Source: Selaginella moellendorffii (Eukaryota > Plantae > Lycopodiophyta). From it: a DNA stretch of 64,000 nucleotides. The DNA lies in assembly GCF_000143415.4 (NCBI RefSeq), contig NW_003314348.1, positions 1 through 64,000 on the forward strand, written 5' to 3'. Below are positions 11,501 through 22,491 of the stretch, one piece after another. Position 1 is the stretch's first letter, and each line of letters opens with the position of its first letter. The notes beneath the pieces are model-generated. The model had not been told where the DNA came from. It saw nothing but the letters and a program-made list of their open reading frames with translations, and made no database searches. The translations under genes and the position numbers were made by a program.

Positions 11501-12559
11501 ATCCGTGGGTTTGTCTCTTTTCGCTTGACTCCCCCACGTACTCGCTCGCTGGCCACTGGATTTGCCTTTCCGGAACCCCGAGGACTCATTCTTAGAGAAA
11601 CTCCTCTTGAATTTCCCTCTGCTAAACGTTCCCCTTGGTTTGGCCCCTTTGCTAAACGTGGATCCCGACCCCGTCGTGTTCCCCTTTCGCAGGTTATCGT
11701 TGAAATGCACCTTGATGGCCGCATCCAACGCTTCCTTGTAGTTGGTCGGGTTCCACCGCATTACTTCGCCGCGAGCCCAGGTTTGCAAACCTGATATGAA
11801 GGCATGGAACGCATCCATATCCCCCATGTCCGTGACGAGTATCCTCTTTGCCATAAACCCATTCACATACTCCTGAATGGTTCCGGTCTGCTTCAGCCTA
11901 CTCAGCTCGTCCCTTAGGTGCAAAGTAGCATTCGGAGGAACGTAAGTTGCGTGGATCCTTGCCTTCATCATTTCCCAAGTGGCCACCGGTCCTTCGTTGG
12001 CCTCTGTTGTTCTCCACCAAGACTTGGCATTATCTGCCAAATATGGTTTCGCACATGGGACCTTCTCCGAGCTCGGTAATCGCAACGCTCGGAAGTAGTC
12101 CTCCATATCGTAAAACCAATCCTCCACCACCTTATAGTCGTTCACTCCCTTGAAGACCGGTGGGGGCTTTGGTTTGTACTTGGGAACTGCTTGAGAGACT
12201 GATTCCACTTCGGTCTGTTTAACCTTGTCTGGTTTTGCCTCAGTCCCTGCCGATGGGTCCGCACCTTCTGCGCTGCCAGCATCCGCAGTCTTTCGCTTTT
12301 TCTTCCGCTTCTCGTCACGCTTTAGCTTGCGCACGAGAGTCTCTAGCAGGGCATTGGTCTGCGCCAATTGTCCTTCTAGAATGTCCAATCGAGCCTTGGA
12401 CGACCGAACCTCGCCACCGGACTCCTATTTGGAAGTTTCCTCACTGGAGTCCTCCTCATGCAAGGATTCCTCATCCATAGCCTCTTGTTTGACCGGAGGC
12501 TCCAGCTCTGGCGGAGGTTCTGTCTCCGCTTGGGTTCGCTTACGCCCTGCCTTTGCCAT
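8576..12559 (-). pseudogene. gag-pol polyprotein of element A (Gag, CCHC, protease, RT, RNase H, integrase), inactivated
   Basis: [14 protein letters not shown]; LIDTGAS; YIDD; [11 protein letters not shown]; H..H..C..C and DDE integrase core. Lesions: in-frame TAG at 12425-12427, frameshift near 9265, 46-bp insertion at 8646. Confidence 0.95.
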
Positions 12560-12603
12560 CTCCCAGCAATCCGCCTCTATCCTTCACTAGAACTGAGGAA
12601 GAG

Positions 12604-12615
12604 GCTCCGATACCA
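12604..12615 (-). promoter_or_regulatory. Primer-binding site (initiator tRNA-Met) of element A
   Basis: TGGTATCGGAGC on minus, next to the LTR. Confidence 0.87.
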
Positions 12616-12618
12616 AAT

Positions 12619-13761
12619 TGTAAGCCACAAATTTTTCCTTTCCAATTTGCCAGCTTACCTCGTCTATCCGACCAACTCTGCCTTGGCTTGTGCTAAGTTC
12701 CCTCGCCAAGGTTCTCGCTTATGGTACCAGCTCCTACTTGGTCCTACTTGGTTTCAGCTACTCACTACACGAGCAACGGAGTGTTAGCCATCCATCTACG
12801 GATTCTCAAATCTCTCCCAATCCCCCTCCCCGGGTTAGACTGGACTTAAGGTTCGGCTACACTCCCCGCAGGCACAAGCAGCCAAGCACACCAAGCCTCC
12901 AGATTCCTAACACCCCTTGGTATCACAAGACTTGATCATGGGACCCTCTAAATCCCAAGCCTTGGGTGTAGCACTTGCTTCGGGATGTGGGGGCGAAACA
13001 CCGTGGCCTAACGGCCCGGTATGGGTACCTCTACCCCCCCTCTTCCATCCCGAAGGGAAGGCCCAAGCCCCCGGAAGGGCGAGGACCAATGAGCCACAAG
13101 GTACTCAAGTGGGGCACCATTCCACCTGAGCCGGGAGCACCGTAGTCGGTTTCCCTTTCGGGAGTGGGAGCTGCTCTTGAGCACTTCCTTGGATGGCCCC
13201 TCCGGCACCAGCCAAGTCCATGCTCACTCCCACCCAAGGCCCCTCGGTCCCAGTCTCAACCTCAAGTCGGTTTGGAAGCCCAACTGGAGAGTCTCTTCAA
13301 AACTGGTTCCTGGACCTCACTATCCCTACTATACTGCAGCCCCCCCCCCGGGAGACGCACGCTTTGGGCTTTCACCCCTTGACCCGTATTAGTATTTGGA
13401 CTTAGTCTCTAGCTCGATCTCGGACACGATTTCGGATCCGACTTCGGATTCGGTCTCGGACTCGATCTCAGACTCGATCTTGGACCCGATCTCGGACCCG
13501 ACCTCGGACTCAACCTCGGACTCGGTCTCGGACCCGATTTCGGATCTCGGACTCCGTCTCGAACTCGGTCTCGAACTCGGACTCGAACTCGGTCCCCGAG
13601 TCGGTCTCGGACTCGATTCCGGACTCTATCTCGAACTCGGTCCTAGAGTCGGTCTTGGACTCGATCCTTGACTTGGTCCCATCCGATGAACTCTTTGTCA
13701 TTTCGGTCAAGCTTTTGGGGATCCTTTAGCCTACGACATCTCGGGGAGTCGGTTCCTTACA
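12619..13761 (-). repeat. Element A 5' LTR (~1.14 kb)
   Basis: TGTAAG...CTTACA inverted termini; PBS adjacent. Confidence 0.93.
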
Positions 13762-13789
13762 GAACCCCTATAGATCATCTCTTAAGTCA

Positions 13790-14030
13790 TTCTCTTTGAT
13801 TGCATTTGGAAGGAATTCAAATGGCAAAGTTAAGCAAGGAACACTAATGTTTTGGATGTTAACGAATTGTGGGAAAGGAAATGTGTTTCCAAAGATGGAT
13901 TCCCAAATGCTCCAATTTGGCAAAGGTGAAAACTCCAAGGGAGAGAGTGGCAAAGTAGCCAAATGATAAAGCCATGGATAGCCCTAGCACAAATTATAAT
14001 AATTGGAACTTAGTGCCAAAGGTGGCAGGA
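13790..14030 (+). repeat. Diverged fragment of a B-family internal region, opposite orientation to B
   Basis: Reverse complement resembles 3890-4110 (paired spurious ORFs MATLPLSPLEF.../MATLPLPPLEL...). Confidence 0.7.
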
Positions 14031-14209
14031 AATACAAAAGTATTCCTTGGTAGGTTATTGGGTTGGATGACCTACTTTTTAAGAGGTCACCCAACTTAAT
14101 ACTATTCAAATCCAGGGACGCTTAACCTCAAATATTCTAAAACCCTTAACCGATTGAAAAAGGAAGTGCACTTTTGTTTATGAGCCATTTTTCTTTATAT
14201 TTGAACCTT

Positions 14210-17200
14210 TGTCGCGAATGTGACTTCGGGTATCGAAAGTTATTTGTTGGCTAATCCTTACGAACACTCTTACCTTACTGCCATGATGGCAAGAGGTCAG
14301 TATTGCTGGTTCCCTTTATTGGCCCCTCTTGTTCAAGTGTTAGTACACTGGACTTTGGATCTGTACTTGGCTGGATGAGCATAAGGAAGGAATTCCCAAG
14401 TGTCTATTTAGCTGAGCATACTTAGCCCGGCTTATTAGTTCTCTTTTGCTCTGTCTTGCACTAGCTTGACAAGAACCCTCACATATTGAGACTAGTCCCT
14501 GGATGATAGCTTACTGTGTTTGCCAAACACCCTCGCTATTATGCCTTTTGTGTTAGTCTTATTTTGGTCCCAAATGCTATTTATGGAAAGTGTCTAGATT
14601 TGCTCATTTGGCATTTCTACGGAATGTAGAGATCGGCCTGAACACAATGGTGTTTGTCCCGTGTCCAAATTTGCATTCTAGCACCATTCCATATTTAGTA
14701 AGTTTCGAGCTTGTCCCAGAGATTAACTGCAAATACTAAGGGAGGCTTGGGGTGAAAGCCCAAAGTTTGTGTTCCTCAAGGGGGGGGGCTGTGGGGGGTT
14801 CCAAATGTATAGTATGGATAGTGGGTAGGTTGGGCATGGCCAACTAATCTGAGGTATAGTCTAGCTCCCGCTTGCGTGCCTGTCCTTATTCTGCGTCCGA
14901 CTTGGGTCTAAACCCAAGTTCCATTCCATGCTAGCTGGTGGAGTACCCATATCCTCATGTTAGGCCACCAGTATGCCGAAATAGCTCCAGACTTCGTTTG
15001 GCTCCGTTTTGCATGCTGGTCTTGGCATTGGGATGCTAATTGCTCCAGGATTGTTCTAAGTCGCTCCGGGCTCTTATTCCTTCGCTCCTTGGGCTATATG
15101 CTCGGGAGTTGCTCCATGGTTCGATTCCATCACTCCTTGGCTTCACGCTTGGGAGTTTGGCACTGTTCCTTCGTTCAGTGGCCCAAGGCCCTAAACCTCG
15201 GGTTCTGCACCACTATCCTTTAGACATGTGGCATGTGTCACGTGGCATAAAGAGGGTTTAGGTTTCGCTTCGTGGTGTTATCCTATGGTAAACCCCCATA
15301 GGATAAAGGGTCAAAACCACATGCGCTACATTTGGTATCAGAGAATGAGTTTCAGCGAGTACTATTCAATGAGATTGGGTAACTAGTTTCATTGCATACA
15401 CAGAGATGAAAATGATGATCCGAGTGGGTACACGTTTGGGTGTTAAAACTTTGCAATTGTTCCTTAGGTATGGGTTTGGTTACCTTTTTGTACCATATTA
15501 TGTGAGCTTGCTCTTGGGCTCATAAGAAGGATTGAGTTGTTCCAGTAGTATGAGTTTGCGCTTGGGCTCGTGAGTGAGGCGCATTAGCAATTCAAGGTTG
15601 CACTTTGAGTTGGCAGGATTAATGTTAGCCTATTGGTGGTTCCATGAGTTGTTCTATGTACCATGGGTGAAAGTAAACCTTCCCTGGGTTTGCTATAAGT
15701 GGCAAATAAGTTGGTCCATAGCTGTTTAGCACGGCACTAGTGGATCCTTCCTAGGCATGATTACAAGTGGATCAATCAAGATTGTAGGGATGAGTCTATT
15801 GATTCAAGTGATCATTGCTGTGCTTTCTCATCAACTTTTCTTGGATTGGACTGAAAGTAGTGCGAATGCAAGCTTGAGGTTTGGTTAAATATGAGATCGA
15901 AAAGAGAGTTGTCAGGGACGAAGGATCAAACATGTAAATCATCTTCCTTTCTTAAAGAGATGATTTACAACGAGATGTTAACTCATTACTCGTGTTCACA
16001 TCATGGAATCAAGAGTCCCTACCTTGATGCATGTTGGAAATAATGGTTTTACAAATGGTGAGTTATGGGATGGATAGGAGTGAAACACTATACCATTTTA
16101 TCTAAGCTTGCTATTGAAGACTTGGGTTGCAATGCTCAATTCTTTTCTGGAGAATCTTGTTATTTCTCCTTGAGTAACTTGGTGTTGGATTAGTTTTGAG
16201 TTTGGTCAGAAAGAGAGTGGCATGAGCTTGTCCATGTTGTGAATAAAAGTTAGTGGTATTGGGTGTTGTAAATCTCTATTGGTGGAGTGTGGCATTTATG
16301 TTGCATTTTGTCGAATCGAGTTGACACTTGATATTCACATAAACCTTTGAAGTAATGACACGGGCATTACTTATAATGTTGCTTGATTGATGATCAAGTC
16401 ATTGTGATACTTATATCATATCCATGTATAATGAGCAATGTGTTTACGAAGTTGCTTGGTTAAACGATGATTAACCCCAAAGTGGTTGATGGAGAAGCTA
16501 GTCTACTTGCACGAAGTAGCATTGTAATAGATTTGACTAGATTCTTAATGGTGGTCCATTATGCTAAGCTTAAGTTGGTACTTTGTTTCATTGAGTTTGC
16601 CCATTAGGTGTTGGAAAAAGGTTATAACATTCACTTGCTATGAATTGTCGGTTGATCTGTTAGCACTTGGAGTAGATTGTTGGATGGAGAAGATGTGTAG
16701 TTGGGGCATTGACATCACTAGCACTTGTGTTAGTGGAAGTGGCATTGTTATTTCAAGTGATGAGGAATTTTCCTTGGACCTTGATTTTCCATATCATTTT
16801 TCTTGTTAGTGTTTTAGCTTCATATTGGATCTTGAAGATGATTGAAGAAGAGTGTTAATGCAATGTGGATATCCGAAGATATGGTCTTCATGATCAAGCC
16901 TTGGATGTTCATTTTGCACTTTGCAGATGTCGGTGTTGGATATTGGTTAGATGGGCAAAGATGTTCGATGCTTAGACATACTGTTGAATCATGAGAATTT
17001 GTGTTGAAGTGAATTTATGTGAAGTTGTTGGTAGGAGGAAGTTGGTTGAGTCTTGAAAGTTTGTATTCTTGGACTGAGAGTCATTCTTTCTCTAGGATGG
17101 AAATTTTCCACAAATTTTCTTAGGTTTTTCCAATGGCTGATTTGTTGATCACTTTGCTCGAAAACCATTCCATTTTCGTAAAGCCAGTACAAACTAGTGA

Positions 17201-20200
17201 AGGGGTTGGAGTTGACTTCAGTTGGCTTAAACCTTAGTAGATAGTTTGTATGATGCGGCCCGAAAGGGATGTTAACTTTTGGGGCTAAAGCAATTGAGTT
17301 GGATAGAGTCTGGAGTTGGTATAGAAAAGTGGCCATTGCACTTTTCTAAGAAGGGTGACCCTTGTGCCTTTCTTCTATAGCGTTATGCTTGGTGGCAAGT
17401 TGCACTTTGCATTTCGTTAAGACTGTATGAGAGTAGTGAACTCTCACTGATCTTGACTTAGTCTTGGTAGCTTTGTGCCTTGGCTGAGGATGGTGATGTC
17501 CAACTTAGTTGTTTGAGTTTGAGATATTAGTACCCGTACTATAGTTTTGTCTATAAAGAGGTTGTGTACCGATATAAATCCATCTCATGGTCTTCACTTT
17601 AGTTTTGACTGAGTGTTGGTCATGTCTAACTAGCCTCTTCAAAGGCATGCTCAGAGCTATTGGCTAAATGCATTAATGAGCTTATTTCGGTTAAGTTAGA
17701 TTCGAGTGGTCATTTAGTTCATACTTGTTAATGAACCTATATCTCGTATATAGGGTATTATGTTCATGTTGGATAAGTATATAACTTGATCATATGAGTT
17801 TAGTGTTTGGATCTTGTGAAGGCAAGTTGAAGGGTGATTATTAGTTGCTTTGTGACTAATGCTTACTTGTAGACTTCATCAAAGACCGTTAATACTTGCT
17901 TTGTTCGATGATGATTTAGCAGTGATGAGCTTGCTTTATCGGATGGTGTTGCAGAGGATCGTGTTATTAGGCTTGCATGGTTTTTCCATGTTGGCATGTC
18001 AATTTCTTTGTTGATATTATTTGGTTACCTTTGGTCTATAGTGTTGGATTTCATTGAGTCTTGGATGTGGTGATTCACTCCTTGATGATGTGTTATCTGT
18101 AACTGAGTTTTGCTGAAGGATTGGTCTTGGATACTAAGTATAGTATCTTCGACTTTGGTTAGCTTGGTTGTTGGAAAGTTCCAAGTGGTGATTCGCTTTT
18201 GCTTTCTTCTAGCTTTGTATTGGTGTTGATGGCATTGAAGTGATGCCTTATCATTAACATTGTTGATATTGAGACTTGAGTGAAATGAGATGTCTTTCCT
18301 TAGGATTGACATTGAGTTTCATTAGTCTTGATGAAGATAGTGTTGATGATTTGGTTATGGCTTTGTGTTATTGGTATTCATGCATTTGCTAGTTAGCAAC
18401 TGCATTGACATTCAAATGAATTGAGTGGCAAGTTTGAGTTAGTTGTGTTTTAGACGAGATTGTTTAGTAAGGGTTGAGCTTTAAGCTTTTCCTTGAAAAG
18501 TGATTTAGTCCTAACTTTACGAGAGGAAGAATTAATATTCGATATTAGACTATTTGAGTCTTTATTGGATTTGAGTTGGAATATATTGATCATTGATGAT
18601 TCCCCTTGTGCTTGTTACGATGTGAATTACATCTTGCTGTAGATGGATTCATGAAGGATCGTTTGATGATCACTTGTTGAGCATAGCTCCATTGTGCTTA
18701 GCTTTTGGATTGATGCAGAAATGCTTTTCATTAACTTTGGTATTATGAAGTTTAGCTTATAGATGTGTTGAAGAAGATGTTTTGGGTTATAACATGATTT
18801 CTTCTTTAGCATTAAAGTTAGTTCATGCAAGACTTGTGGTCATTATTAAGCAAGACTTGGCTATAGGCTTCTTCGAGCTTTTGGTTCCTTGAGTTTTCAT
18901 GCTTGTGGACCATTTGCTAAAAGTTGTTAAAAAAGGCATTTTGGCTCATTCGCTTCGATGTTGAAGTTAGCTCTTACATCTAACAATATTTGGTGATGAT
19001 TGACTATCATCTAGGATAGTTGATTGTCCTTGTCAAAAAGATTTTGCTTGATTGTTGTTGATATAGAATAATTCACTGTTCTTTAAGATGGTGGATTCCT
19101 TTTTTGACGATGATTATGCATATCTTTTATTAATGGGATGATTGATAATCTTTCATGACAGTTAGTGGTTCTCCTTGGTGGCTTATGGTTTTTTGCAATA
19201 CCACATATTCTATATGGTTTGCTCTGGATTGGTCTTTTGGGTTTGAAACATCAGTAGGATGTTGCTGACACTTGCTTAAGCAACTTGAGTTCCTTCGTAT
19301 TGTTGACCAGGATCTATTCAGATTGGCTTGTGCAATGGTTGGCATGACTAAGTGTTTGTTTGCTTTACAACATTCATTTTGTTCTGTTAATTATTGCTCA
19401 AGTTAGTTCTCATAGATTAGGATGTTATTTCTTTCAGGTGATACATTTGTGAGCATTGTGCTTGTTAGTCAATGATACTTTGTGTTCTTTGAGTTGTGTT
19501 TTGTGAGTTGTTTGGCATGCTATCTGCCATTTTCGGTAGTTCTGTTTCATCATTGATTTTCCTTGATGATTTACTTGTTATTGAATTTTGTTGGATGGTG
19601 ATTCCTATATTTACCAATTATGATGATTTTGGTGGTTCCTATAATCAATTATTAGTTTATCGGATGATAACTTACATGGAATACTTTTGTGTTCTAATCT
19701 AAGATATATTCACTAATAATTAAGACTCTAAGATATCATTGTCTATGACTTTGATATTGTCCATCTATTGATCTTTGAGTTTAGGCCAGTATAGGCAGAC
19801 TGGCTTCGACACTTCGTGTGCATGTTGAAATCTCTAGTCATGGGGTAGCTACTGTCGACTAGTCACATCACCCGCCTCTCTGTCGATGTTCTTTATTCCG
19901 TTGAAAGGGCGTGACCGCGTAAACAACTCTAACTGCCTGTTCACAGTAGTCTATCTAAACCTTACCGACGGGTTTAGTTTCTTTGCTCAGGAGGGTTGGG
20001 GCCTCTAGCTTCTCTCTCTATGTCTTTGCAGGTAGGGGCGTATCACACTTTTGTAGCTGGGTGACACCCAGAGCAGCAAGGGTGGCTGACTCCGTTGGTC
20101 ATTTCCTTGTCGGTGACGGCAGAAAGGTGTCTAAACTGGTAGCGCATCCACGTTAGACAAAGAGGTTACCCTAACTCATTTAAGTTGGTGCATTTCTCAC

Positions 20201-20463
20201 ATAGTGTGAGTACTATGAACTTTTTCTGGAGTTGTTTCCTTAGCAGTATTCTAGACTTGAGTATGCATTGACGAAGACGTCGATCTTCCCTAGGGGGGGA
20301 GAGTGTCACGAATGTGACTTCGGGTTTTAAAAGTTACCTATCGGCCAATCCTTACGGACACTCTTACCTTATTGCCACGATGGCAGGAGGTCGGTATTGC
20401 TAGTTCCCTTTATCGGCCCCTCTTGTTCAAGTGTTAGTAAACTGGACTTTGCATCTGTATTTG
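14210..20463 (+). mobile_element. Degenerate LTR retrotransposon (element C); 3' LTR truncated
   Basis: LTR 14210-15330 (TGTCGCG...CGCTACA), PBS TGGTATCAGAG 15333-15343, PPT AGGGGGGGAGAG 20292-20303; 20304-20463 repeats 14210-14370. Confidence 0.8.
15400..16480 (+). pseudogene. Highly decayed Ty1/copia-like RT C-terminus and RNase H
   Basis: Colinear DNA traces of FLGM, DR.ST.Y, HIDI and (AD).FTK.L motifs at copia-like spacing; many stops and shifts. Confidence 0.5.
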
Positions 20464-21421
20464 GTCCTACTTGGTCCTACTTGGTTTCAGCTACTCACTA
20501 CACGAGCAATGGAGAGTTAGCCTTCCATCCACGGATTCCCAAATCCCTCCCAATCCCCCTCCCCGGGTTAGACTGGACTCAAGGTTCAGCTACACTCCCC
20601 GCAGGCACAAGCAGCCAAGCACACCAAGCCTCCAGGTTCCTAACACCCCTTGGTACAACAAGACTTGATCATGGGACCCTCTAAATCCCAAGCCTTAGGT
20701 GCAACACTTGCTTCAGGACATCAGGGTGAAACACCATGGCCTAACGGCCCAGTATGGGTACCTCTACCCCCCCACTTCCATCCCGAAGGGAAGGCCCAAG
20801 CCCCTGGGAAGGGCGAGGACCAATGAGCCACAAGGTACTCAAGTGGGGCACCACTCCACATGAGCCGGGAGCACCGTAGTCGGTTTCCCTTTCGGGAGTG
20901 GGTGCTGCTCTTGAGCACTTCCCTGGGTGGCCCCTCCGGCACCACCCAAGCCCATGCTCACTCCCACCCAAGGCCCCTCGGCCCCAGTCTCAACCTCAAG
21001 TCAGTTTGGAAGCACCACTGGAGAGTTCCTTCAAGACTGGTTCCTAGACCTCCCTATCCCTATTAGTATTTGGACTTAGTCTAGAATTCAATCTCGAATT
21101 CGATCTCGGACTCGACTTCGGACTCGGTCTCGGACTCGATCTCGGACCCGATCTTGGACTCGACTTCGGACTCGACCTCGGACTCGGTCTTGGACCCGAT
21201 TTGGATCTCGGACTTTGTCTCAAACTCGGTCTCGAACTCGGTCTCAATCTCGGTCTCCGATTCGGTCTCGGCTCGATCCCGAACTCTATCTCGAACTCGG
21301 TCTCAGAGTCGGTCTTGGACTCGATCTTCGACTCGGTCCTATCCGATGAACTCTTTGTCATTTCAGTCATGCTTTCAGGGATCCTTTAGCCTACGACATC
21401 TCAGGGAGTCAGTTCCTTACA
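20461..21421 (-). repeat. Truncated, older A-family LTR
   Basis: Aligns with 12731-13761, ends CTTACA at 21421, more diverged than A's own LTR pair. Confidence 0.88.
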
Positions 21422-21880
21422 GTGAGGAAGAGGTTACATATCTGAGATTGTTACTTCGTTTAATAGACGATAGTCGATGTAGAAACAAATCGTCCCATCA
21501 GGCTTCGTAATAAAATGAAGGTCACATACCTAAGGATTTCGCAATAATGCAAAAGTGTAGCGCATTTTATTTCTCTCCCATTAAGCCAGCTGGAAAAGGG
21601 GCAATTGCTTAATGAGAGAGCCCTTAGTGGCTATTTTATCCCCATTTATCCCCTAAGGTTCCAAGGATTTATGGTGACAATATATCCAAATCTCATCCCA
21701 TGATCACATGCGCTATTAAAAGCTAGATCTAAACAAAAAACAAAAGAAAAGAAATGATAAAAACTAGAAGAAAATAAAGATCTAGACAATGCAAAAGCTA
21801 GATTTAAACCAAAAATTGCAAATCCAAACACTCTTTAGGGACAATCAAAGTTGGCCCTCATCTCCACCAATGTGAATGTA

Positions 21881-22036
21881 TGGAATATGGAAAGAGAATA
21901 CAGGAAATGTATATATTAATTAGCCCAAAAACCCTAATTTATATACAAGAGCAAGTGTGAAACTAATTTGATGACTACCAAAATTTCACTATACTATTAG
22001 TATATAGTATTGTAGCTGTACATTTGGACCTCACAT
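21881..22036 (+). repeat. AT-rich dispersed repeat, copy 1
   Basis: Similar to 63642-63793 (TGGAATATGGAAAG...TATATACAAGAG...CATTTGG.CCTCACAT). Confidence 0.75.
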
Positions 22037-22491
22037 ACACACACACACACAGATATATATATATATAAAAATTAAAAATTAATTTAACTAGTAACTGTCT
22101 TTTTACTAACTTAATTTTTATTTATGAACACCAATGTCAAGCTTCTGCTATATGGAAGAAATTGAAGTTCTTCTTAAACATCCTAGACATTCATGCTTAT
22201 GTGGTTTTATTAACTTTGCCCTTGAAATACATACAAATCTTGCAAAGAGACCAAAGAGGTAAGTTCTTCCTTTTCTTGCATTTGGGTGCTTGAAAGTTAT
22301 GTCAATACCAAAGAGGTCCCACTATTGCTTTTGGTGTTCAAGACTCGTCAGATGACAGTGGAAAACGCCCCACTAGTTAAAACAAAGATAATGCCATTAT
22401 CAAAATTTCAAAGGGATAATTTGTGAAATTTCATCTAGCCACCATGAATGTAATTTTTTTTTATTCTTCTAATTTTTGTTCAATTTGCCAT

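Larger units (their letters stand above)
1..13761 (-). mobile_element. Ty3/gypsy chromovirus LTR retrotransposon (element A), disrupted; left end runs off the window
   Basis: 5' LTR 12619-13761 (TGTAAG...CTTACA), Met-PBS, gag-PR-RT-RH-IN-chromodomain order, PPT, and a matching LTR end at 295. Confidence 0.93.

Noticed and set aside
12425-12427. Programmed readthrough or frameshift in gag-pol
   Set aside because: The TAG is at gag codon 45 and the shift near 9265 lies between RH and IN; neither is the gag/pol boundary, and other stops fit C-to-T/G-to-A decay.
14779-14800. G-run followed by TG read as a PPT and LTR start
   Set aside because: It is part of the internal LTR box shared with A and B; the real LTR start is 14210, matching 20304.
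16989-17336. 115-aa minus-strand ORF in element C
   Set aside because: No recognisable motif; expected by chance on the C/A-rich strand.
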